A stretch of 64,000 nt of DNA from assembly GCF_001194135.2 (NCBI RefSeq), contig NC_068985.1, positions 107,368,549 through 107,432,548 of the forward strand, written 5' to 3'. Below are positions 51,928 through 64,000 of this stretch, piece by piece. Below the pieces are notes generated by a model that did not search any database, had not been told where the DNA came from, and saw nothing but the letters and a program-made list of their open reading frames with translations. The stretch is from Octopus bimaculoides. Taxonomy: Eukaryota. A program made the position numbers and the translations under genes. Position 1 is the stretch's first letter; every line of letters starts with the position of its first letter.

Positions 51928-54077
51928 ATATAGACAGACAGGCACAAGTATAATTGTGTGGTAAGAAGTTTGCTTCCTAACCACATGGTTTTGGGTGCAA
52001 TCCCACTGTATTCCATAAGTCGAGTGGTTTATAAGGTAATGATTTATTGGATTGTAAAATTTAGGTTTTAACTTGAAGCATATTTGGCAGTCATATTCGA
52101 TTTTTCAATTATCTACGTGAGGGTACTAATCCATTTAGTTCTTATTAAGCCTTGATCTGCTGCCCCACTTGTCTATTTGATACTATCTCATCTCCTTATT
52201 TTCCCTCTCTTATTCACTGCGTCGAACCATCCATCATATTTTCTTGCTAGCAAACATGTAACTGCCACTAGTGTGTTTCTCTTATCACATTGTTTGAATA
52301 ACAAAGTTTTTCATAAGATCTGTTGGTATCTGATGTACCTCCCCATTTACTCTCCTATGCTGTCTCCCATCACTCCCATCTCCATTAGGATATTTTCTTC
52401 TTTGACACTCATCACCCTCTTACTATCCCTATTTTGACAATCTATCACTTGTGCTCTTCCTCACCACCTAAAATTACCACTCCCCTATATACTGCTAGTG
52501 ACTACTTTCACTTAGATCACTTATTACTGACATGTATCACTTGCTCTCTTACCTGCAAAGAACAGCAATCTGTCTCTCATTACATCATGCTATTACTACC
52601 TCTCTCATCACATTCTGACTCCACTGCATCTCTTGATTACTCTTTTAACACTGTCTCTCCTTTCTCTGTCTTCCTCCACATTGTCACAATAATTGCTCTG
52701 TTTCTTGATTTATACTCTCTCTTTTTCTACCTCTCACCTAACTTCTTTTCTGCAATCATCCTCTCTTTCTCTCTTCTACCCACTCTATTGGTCATATTAC
52801 TATGAATGAACAGAGACAATGCAGAGCTGTGAGTATTTCTTTTGTCTTACAGGGTACATGGCAACTTTAATGGTGTTGGTGCCATGATAAAATGTATGTA
52901 GTACACACTGTAAAGTGGCTGGTCAAAGAGCGGTGATGTAAAGGGAAGAGAACTCTTTAATCTTGTCTTGTTAAAGATATGACAACCCCTCAAGTGTTGA
53001 TAAAATTCCCCCACTACACTCTGTAAAGTAGTTGGTGTTAGGAACGATATCCAGCTGTAGAAGCCATACTAAAAGAAAGGGCACAAGCGAAACATGGTAT
53101 CAGTCATGTTTAAGGGGGCTGCAGCTCTGAGTAAAAACTGACCTGAATGTAACAACTTGTCCATGTGAAATAAAATGTGTCCATTCCATGTTTGTGTATG
53201 CATTATGTTATGAACACTGGTGTTTTTATCTAAGGCTGTTTCAAGTGTATATATTAATTTAATTCTGGTTAGTTTTCCAACATACAGTAAATAATTTTGT
53301 TTTTGAAATATTGGATCTTGGAGTACATCACATAAAGCTATAAATGATGGCATGTAAATATTGGGTTGAAAATCCCTTTTGGATAGAAATACATTACATA
53401 AAGCTATTATATATAGCTCTATGCGATATACTATGAATCAAATTTTCCAAAAAAGAATTATTTCACATTCTCTTGGAATTTAATAAAACTCTTATTCATC
53501 ATGATCATCATCATTATCGTTTAACGTCTGCCTTCCATGCTAGCATGGGTGGGATGGTTTCACAAGAGCTGGCCAGGCAGAAGCCTGCACCAGACTTCTG
53601 TGACTGTTTTGGCAGGGTTTTTACAGCTGGATGCCCTTCCTAACACCAACCACTCAGCAGAGTGGACTTGGTGCTTTTTAAGTGGCGCAAGCACAGGCGA
53701 GGTCAGTTTTGGCAAGGTTTTTACAGCTGGATGCCCTTCCAAACACCAACTGCTTTACAGTGTGGACTAGGTACTTTTAAGTGGCACCTGCACTGACAGG
53801 GTCACCAAGTAGTTGCAAGACACACAAAAAAAAAGAAAAAATTTCAAGAGGGGAAGGAACATTGGAGGAGTAGATCATGTGTTGAATGATGAAAGGTTAT
53901 AGTGAGACAGAGAGACAGAAACAGGTGTCTTGCTGTAGAGGAAGTACACGGTTACTTGGCTGGAGAGAGAGATCAGGAACGAAGACAAAAACAGGTGCAC
54001 TACCACAAAGGAAATACATGGTTACCCAACCTGAGAGAAGTGCAAGAGATGGATATATATATATATATATATATATA

Positions 54078-55887
54078 TGTAACAATTAGAAAATGGAGGA
54101 TAATATGCTGAACCCAACTACTTGCAGACGGTGCATCCCATTGAATTCATTAATTTAATTCATAGCAAAAGTGACAAAAAAAGGAAGAAAAGAAGAAGAA
54201 AGAAAGAACCAAAGCACAGGTGTCTATGGCAGACCATGTTATTTTGCCAACATGGTCTACATATAGAAGTACAAAGTACATAAGGAATTAGAGGATGAAC
54301 AGAAGTTTAATCTTACAGCTGTTTCGGCCCAGTTTTAGCAAGCCCCATTCCATCTGAATATTCCCTTCAGGAGCGACCACCGGACGACATTCCAAAATGG
54401 GGCCACATGCCCGAACCCCCAGACCTCCCCAGAGACCCACAAAGGGCCTCACACAAATGCAGAGCAAGAGGCAAAAACAGAGGCGTGGTAGAGACCAGAA
54501 GAAAAACAACAGCAAAAACAAGACAGAAATAAAAAAAAATAATAAAACTAAAATCAAAATATAAATAAAAATAAAAACAAAAACAAAAACAAGGGTACAG
54601 CAGGAAAAAAAAATAATAACAACAATAAAGAACACATAAATGAAGGCACAGTATGTGGGGCATGCATAAATATAAAAAAGACATATGTCAAAAAACCCCC
54701 AAAAATACAAGGCACCCAAAAAGCCCACAAACATTATAGATAGGTCGCCATAGGCACTCCAACGCATATCCACACGCGTGGGCCCGTGTGCACAGCCCCA
54801 CTCGGACGCCCCCCCCACCCCCATGTGTGCATACACAAGCCTCTATAAGCAAACATTCTACCACACATGCCGCCCGTGGCACCAGCCCCACTAGCCGCAT
54901 CTAGAAAGCTGTAAGTGTTTTTCAGAAAGGAAGTCTTGCCGAGTGTGTGTGTGTCATCTCTGCATACATTGGAAGGCTCTATGTAGAAGCCCACTCTATA
55001 CAAGTTATTAATGTTCCAGCAGCAATAACAGTGATGGTGACGATGACGGTGACAACAACAACAACAACAACAATAATATGCCAGACCTTCAAACTTAGCA
55101 GTGTAAGATATCCCGTTGCCTCCTCCAACGGCCCCACCATTCTGCTGCTAATGGGGGAGGGTTAATTACTACCGTTAACTTCCTCCTTCCAATTGGGCAA
55201 CTATTGTTTTAAACTGCCTACGCTTAGCTACGGTTGGATAGCCACTGGCCGGTCAAGATGCTAGCCTGCCAGCGCACCCCCCCACACACACATGTGCTAT
55301 GTATATCCCCCTGTACTCACGCTCATGCGTGCGTGTATGTATATACATATGTATGCGCGCAGCCACACATCTCTTAATTCTACTATATATTCACGGTGAG
55401 GGGGTAAAGTTCCCAATGTAATGGCAATAGAGTTAAATTGGTAGATTTTCAAGAAGACTACATGCCGATAGCCACAACAGTAACAATGAGGATAAATACA
55501 TTCTCATCTATACATATCCAGATATACATCCTTATACACATTATGTCCCCTCACATATACCCATACTTATTCATACATACACAACTGTATGGCCAACTAT
55601 CATTACATCCGTATGTACACAACTTGCTAAAACTGGGCCGAAACAGCTGTAAGATTAAACTTCTGTTCATCCTCTAATTCCTTATGTACTTTGTACTTCT
55701 ATATGTAGACCATGTTGGCAAAATAACATGGTCTGCCATAGACACCTGTGCTTTGGTTCTTTCTTTCTTCTTCTTTTCTTCCTTTTTTTGTCACTTTTGC
55801 TATGAATTAAATTAATGAATTCAACGGGATACACCGTCTGCAAGTAGTTGGGTTCAGCATATTATCCTCCATTTTCTAATTGTTACA
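54078..55887. mobile_element. 1.8-kb foldback element with 265-bp near-perfect inverted arms and a non-coding core; Penelope-like origin suspected
   Basis: 54078-54342 is the reverse complement of 55623-55887 with about 2 mismatches. The arms carry GAAACAGCTGTAAGA, also seen in the 48-kb palindrome. Confidence 0.7.
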
Positions 55888-56321
55888 CAAATTTTGGGTA
55901 AAACCTCCACTTTTACCCGCTCCCATTGATTGCACCTAGTATAACACTAGTGTAGCAATAANNNNNNNNNNNNNNNNNNNNNNNNNNNNNNNNNNNNNNN
56001 NNNNNNNNNNNNNNNNNNNNNNNNNNNNNNNNNNNNNNNNNNNNNNNNNNNNNNNNNNNNNNNNNNNNNNNNNNNNNNNNNNNNNNNNNNNNNNNNNNNN
56101 NNNNNNNNNNNNNNNNNNNNNNNNNNNNNNNNNNNNNNNNNNNNNNNNNNNNNNNNNNNNNNNNNNNNNNNNNNNNNNNNNNNNNNNNNNNNNNNNNNNN
56201 NNNNNNNNNNNNNNNNNNNNNNNNNNNNNNNNNNNNNNNNNGGTACCCTCCCAGCAGTATACTGGATAGATACTATCCCTTAGTGGGTTGAACCCCCAAC
56301 CCCTAACTCTCTCACATTATA

Positions 56322-56364
<43 letters not shown>

Positions 56365-57615
56365 AGAGAGAGAGAGAGAGAGAGAGAAACAGCAGGGTAA
56401 AGATGGTGGCAAAATGCTGGGTATACTCACAAGGGATGGGGATCAGAATACAAATGGGATTGTTAAGTAAAGGAAAAGAGAGATTTATTACATCCACAAA
56501 ATTAGAAAATGTTTTGTTCATCAATTTCTATTTCAGAACAAGAATTTTTGGCTTGACTTAAAATGTCTAAGGTAGATGTGACTGATGAAACCAAATCAGG
56601 TCAAAACATTGTTTCTGGTGATTCACTGCTGTTTCCAGCTAAGTCCTATGTTTTTAACACAAATATTCACTTTCCTTTGATGATGGTGGTGTCCATATAA
56701 AATTTTTGAAACATCAATCAATGATGTCTGCTGTTCGCTAATGAAACTTCAATTAATGATGTCCACTGTTTAAGGGTTAAGGGTCACCTAGCTCGTAGAT
56801 GCTGAGACTTTCAATTTGTATCCCTAACAGCATTAAAGGTATGTTCAATAAAATGTTGGGAAGAGTAAAGATACCTAACAACTTGGGAAAGTAGCAACAT
56901 GACATGTTTTGAAATAAAGGTCAGTTTTGACTCTGTCATCATTGTTCATGTTTATTATCTTACTGACATGATCAGAGTCCGTTTTAACCATGCAGTGTTG
57001 TTTATTCTTATTGAAACAAAGATTGTTGAGCAACTCAAGGAAGGAAGTTCATCTACTTCAGATTAATGAATCTATTATTCTGATCTCCACTGAGTTTGAG
57101 GAGATATTCTAAGATTATTCATAAGATATTGTGAAGTGAGTAAAGTTATTTATCAAGACCTTGACTGTTAAAAACTTAGTTTGTCGATAGAATCAAACAT
57201 TTTTTTACAATTCAAGTCGTGTTTATTAAGGCAACGTAACTAGCAGAAAATATCAACTCTATTTCTTCCTTGTTTGGAGGATCTGTTCAATTTGGAAGTT
57301 ATTTAGTATCATTGCATGTACAACCAATGCACCAAAAAATATCAGCGATACATAAAATCAAAGTTTTAATATCATGGGATTTTTATGAACTAAAAGTCAT
57401 TATGATCTCGAAAGTCCAACAGAATATCAATCAGAGCAATAAACCAAAGACCACTGCTTTAAATGGTAAAAAAAACAAAAAAACTGTCTCGCCTGCAATT
57501 CTGCTGACTGGATAAGGGAGATAACGCAGAGTATATTGATGACAGTTGTTTCCCCTTAAACATGAATAGACACGTTTATTTAATTTTTTCTCTTTTCTTA
57601 ACTCTTATGTAGAGC

Positions 57616-57630
57616 GTTGCCACTGACAAC
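57616..57630 (+). promoter_or_regulatory. RFX X-box-like motif GTTGCCACTGACAAC upstream of ZMYND10
   Basis: Fits the degenerate X-box consensus GYTRYY-N(1-3)-RRHRAC and lies ~60 bp 5' of the ATG of a motile-cilia gene. Confidence 0.6.
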
Positions 57631-57691
57631 AGTGAAAAATTTTCACCGGCTGCAGAGTTACAATTTATTTTAGGGTTGTTGACACCACTTG

Positions 57692-57795
57692 ATGACAATG
57701 TCTTTCTCTACAAATACAAGGCTAAGTCCATCTGAAGCTGAAATGTTTGTAGATTCTCTAAAGGTGTTTGATGTTGCCAGTGTTGGCAGTCCTGA
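57692..57795 (+). CDS. ZMYND10: ZMYND10 (BLU) exon 1: MTMSFSTNTRLSPSEAEMFVDSLKVFDVASVGSPE
   Basis: Donor GA|gtaagt in phase 2. L-x-P-x-EAE...L..F...GS resembles the ZMYND10 N-terminus. Start could be 57692 or 57698. Confidence 0.85.
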
Positions 57796-58498
57796 GTAAG
57801 TATAACAAGCTCCGTGTATGTCCCATTCATACAATCTTACGTACAGTTGTCGTTGATGTGGGATAGGTTAGATGTGAATAAAGCTTTTATTTTGCAAATT
57901 TACTATATAGATCAAACACATATCATTCGGGACGTAACTGGGAGCAAATAATAATAATAATTGTTGGACTGGGTAAAAAATATGTACACATATATAAGGT
58001 AGTTGTCTGATTAGAACAAAAAGTAGTCTAGAGAATAAAATAACGAACAAATCTATCTTGATGCAGACATGGCATCGTGGCTTAGTAACTTACTTTACAA
58101 CCACATGACTCTGGGTTCGATCTCATTACGCGGCAAGTGCCTTCTATTACATCCTTGTGTTAACCCTTTAACTGCGAAATTAAATTTCATGGTTGTTTTT
58201 GAAATGATACTAAATAACTTCCAAATTGAACAGATCCTCTAAACAAGGAAGAAATAGAGTTGATATTTTCTGCTAGTTACTTTGCCTTAATAAACACGAC
58301 ATATCTCAAAAGAAAATAGTTTCAAACATAACATTCCTCAGCAAAAGATATATTGGTATTGCTTTTCTCAGTAAAATGGTTAAAAAACGTAGTGAGCGGA
58401 ATTTCGTAGAGAGAAGCTCTTTAAAAGTGTGTTGTATCTATAACTAACAACCCATACTGGGATCCACATTTTTACATTATAATTTTTTTTTTTTGTTT

Positions 58499-58612
58499 TG
58501 TCTAGGGAGAGTCATACTGCCTTAACATCTAACACACACATCGTTTCAATTTCCACTCATTTAAATTGAACCTGTGAGTGTGTTAGATATTAAAGCAGTA
58601 TGACTCCCTAGA
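58499..58612. mobile_element. Small hairpin MITE (~37-bp TIRs)
   Basis: gtctagggagagtcatactgccttaacatctaacacac mirrored by gtgtgttagatattaaagcagtatgactccctagac. Confidence 0.7.
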
Positions 58613-59347
58613 CACAACAAAATTTGTTTGAACACACAAATTTACGTAAAGAATCTTGCAAACCAGATACATAAACGAAGTATATATATATATATATATT
58701 TTTTTTTTTTTGTTGTAAATAGTTTATCACCATAGTAACAAAAANNNNNNNNNNNNNNNNNNNNNNNNNNNNNNNNNNNNNNNNNNNNNNNNNNNNNNNN
58801 NNNNNNNNNNNNNNNNNNNNNNNNNNNNNNNNNNNNNNNNNNNNNNNNNNNNNNNNNNNNNNNNNNNNNNNNNNNNNNNNNNNNNNNNNNNNNNNNNNNN
58901 NNNNNNNNNNNNNNNNNNNNNNNNNNNNNNNNNNNNNNNNNNNNNNNNNNNNNNNNNNNNNNNNNNNNNNNNNNNNNNNNNNNNNNNNNNNNNNNNNNNN
59001 NNNNNNNNNNNNNNNNNNNNNNNNNNNNNNNNNNNNNNNNNNNNNNNNNNNNNNNNNNNNNNNNNNNNNNNNNNNNNNNNNNNNNNNNNNNNNNNNNNNN
59101 NNNNNNNNNNNNNNNNNNNNNNNNNNNNNNNNNNNNNNNNNNNNNNNNNNNNNNNNNNNNNNNNNNNNNNNNNNNNNNNNNNNNNNNNNNNNNNNNNNNN
59201 NNNNNNNNNNNNNNNNNNNNNNNNNNNNNNNNNNNNNNNNNNNNNNNNNNNNNNNNNNNNNNNNNNNNNNNNNNNNNNNNNNNNNNNNNNNNNNNNNNNN
59301 NNNNNNNNNNNNNNNNNNNNNNNNNNNNNNNNNNNNNNNNNNNNNNN

Positions 59348-59383
<36 letters not shown>

Positions 59384-60299
59384 GCTCTGAAGCACAAACT
59401 TCTTGACTGTTTGGCCACACTGCACCTAACTCACGCAAGCATGCATGCATGCACACACACAGTGTTTTAGTGTAATTATGTATTGTTGTTGTTGATAAAT
59501 AGTAAGTCAGCTCTAATTAGGGAAACCTACAATTAAAAGCATTCCAGCTGTGACCATCCTATCTGACTACATAATCTGATAAAATGGGTTCTTCTGCTTT
59601 TAGTTTTGAAGATTGTAAGACATTATTTTGATTTCCTCTCTGTTATTTTTAGCAGTCTCTTTTGCCACACAGAAGCCCCTTCTGTTATGTATATCATATG
59701 ACTGGTGGATGGTAGAATTTTTATTAAAGCACTAAATAAAATACCCAGCAATATCTAATTACATCTAGGTTTGACCTAGATGTGACTAGCAAGCTAGCAG
59801 AATTGTTAGCATACCAAGCAAAATGCTGCCAAGCCTTTCGTCCATCTTCACATTCTGAGTTCAAATCCCACCAAGGTTGACTTTGGCTTTTATCCTTTTG
59901 GGGTTGATAAAATAAGTCCCTGTTGAGCATTGGGTTTGATTGTGGGGATGTGTGGCTTAGTGGTTAGGGTATTGGACTCATGATCGAAAGATTGTGGTTT
60001 CAGTTCCTGGACTGAGCAAGGCATTGTGTTTTTAGGTAAAACACTTCATTTCACATTGCTCCAGTCCACTCAGCTGGCAAAAATGAGTAACCCTGTGATG
60101 GACCAGTGTTTCGTCCAGGTGGGGAATATATATGCCTTGAAACCAAGAAACCAACCCTTATGAGGCAGCGCGACTCGAGAAGGTAACTTCACCTTACTTT
60201 TATTGGAGTTGATGAAATCAACTTATCCTCTACCCTGAAATTGCTGGCCTTGTGCTAAAATTTGAAATCAATATCTAGTTACTGTTAGGTATACTCTTT

Positions 60300-60518
60300 T
60301 ACACGTTTCAGTCAGTTGATTGTGGCCAAGCTGGAGCACCGACTTTAGTCAAAGAAATCACCCCCAGGACTTATTCTTTGTAAGCCTAGTACTTATTCTG
60401 TCAGTCTCTTTTGCCAAACTGCTAAGTTTCAAGGACATAAACACACTGACATCGGTTGTCAAGTGATGGTGGGGGTCAAGCGATGGACAAACACAAACAT
60501 AAAGACACACACACATAA

Positions 60519-60565
<47 letters not shown>

Positions 60566-60733
60566 CACACACACACACGATGGGCTTCTTTCAGTTTCCG
60601 TCTACCAAATCCACTCACAAGGCTTTGGTCAGCCCCAAGGCTATAGTAGAAGACACTTGCCCAAGTTGCCATGCAGTGGGACTGAACCTGGAACCATGTG
60701 GTTGGGAAGTAAGCTTCTTACCACACAGCCACA
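60300..60733 (-). mobile_element. SINE family C full copy in ZMYND10 intron 1
   Basis: Colinear with 45120-45525. Confidence 0.85.
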
Positions 60734-60940
60734 CTCATCCTTTTTCTTTTTTTATATTTATGAATTCAAATCCAACATGGATTAATTTTGTCTTGCAATC
60801 ATTCTAGTATTTAATAAAATAAATTACATCAATAAGTATTTAATAAAATAAAACCTTGTTGGCTGTCTTCCTGTGCTATAATTTGCAACTGATGTATTTT
60901 ATATGATTCTTATATATACATGTTTGACCAATTTGGGTAG

Positions 60941-61049
60941 ATGGACACGGCAACATGAATATGTCGAAAAACTCAACATACAAGCAATATTAAATGCTTC
61001 TGCAGATGAAGATGAATTTGTCAAATCCTTCCTGATCTCTTATGAAAAG
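60941..61049 (+). CDS. ZMYND10: ZMYND10 exon 2: [36 protein letters not shown]
   Basis: Acceptor gtag, donor AAG|gtaagc, 109 nt, phase 2 to phase 0. W..QHE..EKLN.QAIL is the hallmark ZMYND10 motif. Confidence 0.92.
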
Positions 61050-61847
61050 GTAAGCAAAAAATAGTGGCAGTATATTTTCTTTAGATATACATATTTAAGG
61101 ACATATGCAGGGCATATAGTAATGTGTGTATATTAAATATTCATATTCAAGGTGTCTGTTAACGGCGTATATTCAGGATATATATTCAGAGTATGTTGAA
61201 GCATGAGTATATATTCAAGATTGCCAAAGAGTTTGAAAATGCTGACATAAATGAATAAATGAAGGAATTATAATTGATGAACATGTTGTAAGAAGGGAGA
61301 CTAAATGTCTGAAATATATTATGTTTCCAAATTTTAGGAATAAAACAATTTTTAATACATTTCAATTGGACTAGAAACAGTTATTTGTAAACTCAGGGGA
61401 ATAAATCTAGTTCACTTTACCACTGACACATATATAAATGTTACATTTCAGGCTCAAATATTCTTTTCTGCTCAAGGCACAAGGCCTGAAATTTTGGGGG
61501 AGGGGGCCAGTCAATTAGATTGACCCTAGTATGCAACTGGTACTTAATTTATCGACCCCAAAGGATGAAAGGCAAAGTCGACCTTGGTGGAATTTGAACT
61601 CAGGACATAAAGACAGATGAAATACTGCTAAGCATTTTGCCTGGTGTTCTAATGCTTCCGCCAGCCCACCGCCTTTCAGGCCCAAATATTCTGCCTGTTA
61701 AGATAAGTGAGGGAACAACAAGCAGTTGTATTAGTTTGATGCTTGGGAAGAATAGAAAAGTCTTCATTGTGTAAATATGGACATTTCTGTTATGTTGCCT
61801 TTATAAATTTCATAAATAACAAACATAATTTCATGATTTTTCCACAG

Positions 61848-61961
61848 TTCCCAGTTCTCATCACAGACCTTTTAGTGTCAGATGTTTGGAAAGAAAAAGT
61901 TTTCTCCCAGCTGCTGGACATGGAGTTTGAACCAGAGAGCACTTTTCCACTATACATTACA
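61848..61961 (+). CDS. ZMYND10: ZMYND10 exon 3: FPVLITDLLVSDVWKEKVFSQLLDMEFEPESTFPLYIT; the gene continues past the window
   Basis: Acceptor ttccacag, donor ACA|gtatgt, 114 nt, phase 0. WK.KVF and F.P..TFP.Y match ZMYND10. Confidence 0.92.
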
Positions 61962-63736
61962 GTATGTAAAAGTTCACCATATATATATCCTTACATTTCA
62001 TATTGAAACCATTTTACTATTGAATGTTATTATTCATTGTCACTGGGTTGCAATCCGAGCCTGTTTTTTTTGGCCTTTCAATAACTTAATACTGACAGGG
62101 ATCGCATACTCCTGTAGATTGCATTTCCTCATGAGTAGAAACAGGGTCTCCTTCGGTGAGGCAGAAATTGTGTGGATCCAATGAATCAGTTTGTTGAAGC
62201 TTGCATCTACTGCATAATGAGTTCCCACAATTCAAAGCTGAGGTTTTTTTTACTATTGAAATATCACTCAATTAACCCTCTTGATACCAGCCCACTGAAA
62301 TCCATCCCATTGATTCTGTGAGATAGACGTCATGTTTTAAAGCAATCTAAATTAAAACCTCACATCAAAATTTCATGTTAGTCTATGTTCAAGACACCAA
62401 CTTAATAATTGTAAAATGATCTTAGTAAATTTTCAAAAGTAATTGTGATAAAGATTGAGTATTTCAAAAGAGGTCATCACTATCATCATTTAAAGTCTGT
62501 TTTCCATGCTGGCAAGGGTTGAACTGTTTGACAGGAGATGGTCAGCTGGAGAGCTACCCGGGCCCCATATCTGTTTTAGCATGGTTTCTATATCTGGATG
62601 ACCTTCCTCACACCAATCGCTTTATAGAGTGTACCGGGTGCTTTTATGCAGTACTGGCATGGGTGCTTTTTATGTGGCATTGGCACCCATGAGCCTGCAA
62701 AATTAGGATTACTCAGCTAAAGATGGATGTAGGGGATGTCTTGTGTGTAAGGACGGTCACATATTTACTTAGCTTGATATGTCTTCTCAAGCACAGCAAA
62801 CCGTCTGGAGTCTCAGTCCCCTATCATCCCCTCTGTGAGGCCAACAGAAGGGTTATCCATAGTTCTACTTATTGCTCACTCATTCATGTGCTTCATAATA
62901 GTTTCCTTGTTATGAAAGTCATAAATAAAATGAAGCACATTTAAATGGCTGTATGGTAAGAAGCTTGCTTCCCAACCACATGGTCCTGGGTTTAGTCCCT
63001 CTGTGTGGCACCTTGGGCAAGTGTCTTCTACTATAGCATCAGACCAACCAAAGCCTTGTTAGTAGATTTGGTAGGTAGCCAGAAACTGAAAGAAGGCTCA
63101 TATATATATATCACCATCATCATCATCTTTAACATCTGCTTTCCATGCTGGTATGGGTTGGATGGTTTAACTGAAAACTGGTAAGCCAAGTAGGCTTCAC
63201 CAGGTTCTGATCTGATGTGGCAAGGCTTTTATGGTTCGATGCCCTCCCTAACACCAACCATTCCGAGAGTGTAGTGGGTGCTTTTTACGTGCCACCGGTA
63301 TGGGTGCCATTGACCTAACACTGACATCAGCCATGACTACGGTCTCACTTGGTTTGACAGGTCTACACAAGCATGGTGTATCACAAAAGATCTTGGTCAG
63401 CTGTCACTGCCTCCATGAGGCCCAATGCTCAAACAGTGCTTTTTATGTGCCACTGGCATGGGTGCCAGTTAGATGGCACTGGCATCAGTCATGACTATGG
63501 TTTCACTTGGTTCTACAGGTCTTCACAAGCACAGCACATTTCCCAACGACTGAAGGTTGCTTTCAACAGGCCAGTTGTGTGACACTGGTATCAGCCATAG
63601 CTACGATCTCACTTGGCTTAACGTGTCTTCTCAAGTATGGCATACCTCCAAAGGTCTCACTCACTTGTCTTATATATANNNNNNNNNNNNNNNNNNNNNN
63701 NNNNNNNNNNNNNNNNNNNNNNNNNNNNNNNNNNNN

Positions 63737-63778
<42 letters not shown>

Positions 63779-64000
63779 CTTATGTGTGTGTCTTTGTGTC
63801 TGTGTTTGTTCCTCCATGACAACTGGTGTTGATGTGTTTATGTCCCTGTAACTTTGTGGTTTGGCAAAAGAGAATGATAGAGTAAGTCCTAGCCTTAAAA
63901 ATTAAGTCCTGAGGTTGATTTGTTTAAGACCCTTCAAGGTGGTGCTCCAGCATGGCCACAGTCAAATTATTGAAACAAGTAAAAGAATAAAGGAGTATAT

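Noticed and set aside
52828-52900. gtgagt...ttacag resembling a 24-nt intron followed by a mini-exon
   Set aside because: Too short for a normal spliceosomal intron and no coherent reading frame links it to a gene.
54288-55003. Hydrophobic 182-aa and neighbouring minus-strand ORFs
   Set aside because: Produced by A-rich low-complexity sequence inside the foldback element; no domain motifs or splice support.
56581-56615. CTGATGA word as a possible hammerhead core
   Set aside because: No pairing stem II, GAAA or stem I can be built around it.
5660-63851. Long ORF-track entries containing X runs (e.g. 5660-6388, 11487-11921, 16217-16972, 58608-59456)
   Set aside because: They span N gaps and (TA)n/(CA)n tracts, so they are artefacts rather than proteins.

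Overview
AT-rich, microsatellite- and repeat-dense animal genomic DNA with 11 N-gaps. The SINE and MITE families suggest an octopus or other coleoid cephalopod (inference). Four protein-coding loci are supported. (1) The first two coding exons of an IFRD1/2-family gene on the minus strand (20933-20954, 506-631), separated by a ~20.3 kb intron and preceded by a 42-codon uORF whose stop overlaps the main ATG (TAATG). (2) A head-to-head intronless 419-aa ORF (21437-22696) with a basic region and a short coiled coil loosely reminiscent of HEXIM. (3) A complete 5-exon, 596-aa type I membrane protein with a signal peptide, a CUB-like domain, one TM helix and a long Tyr-containing tail (36619-44248). 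(4) The first three exons of ZMYND10 (57692-61961), with an RFX X-box-like motif just upstream. The rest is SINEs, MITEs (piggyBac-like, hAT, mariner-like), decayed Tc1/mariner copies, CR1 and Tx1 LINE fragments and several foldback elements. The most unusual structure is a 125-bp-arm palindrome (48176-48441) carrying a minimal type I hammerhead-ribozyme fold on each strand. All calls are by eye, with no database searches run.
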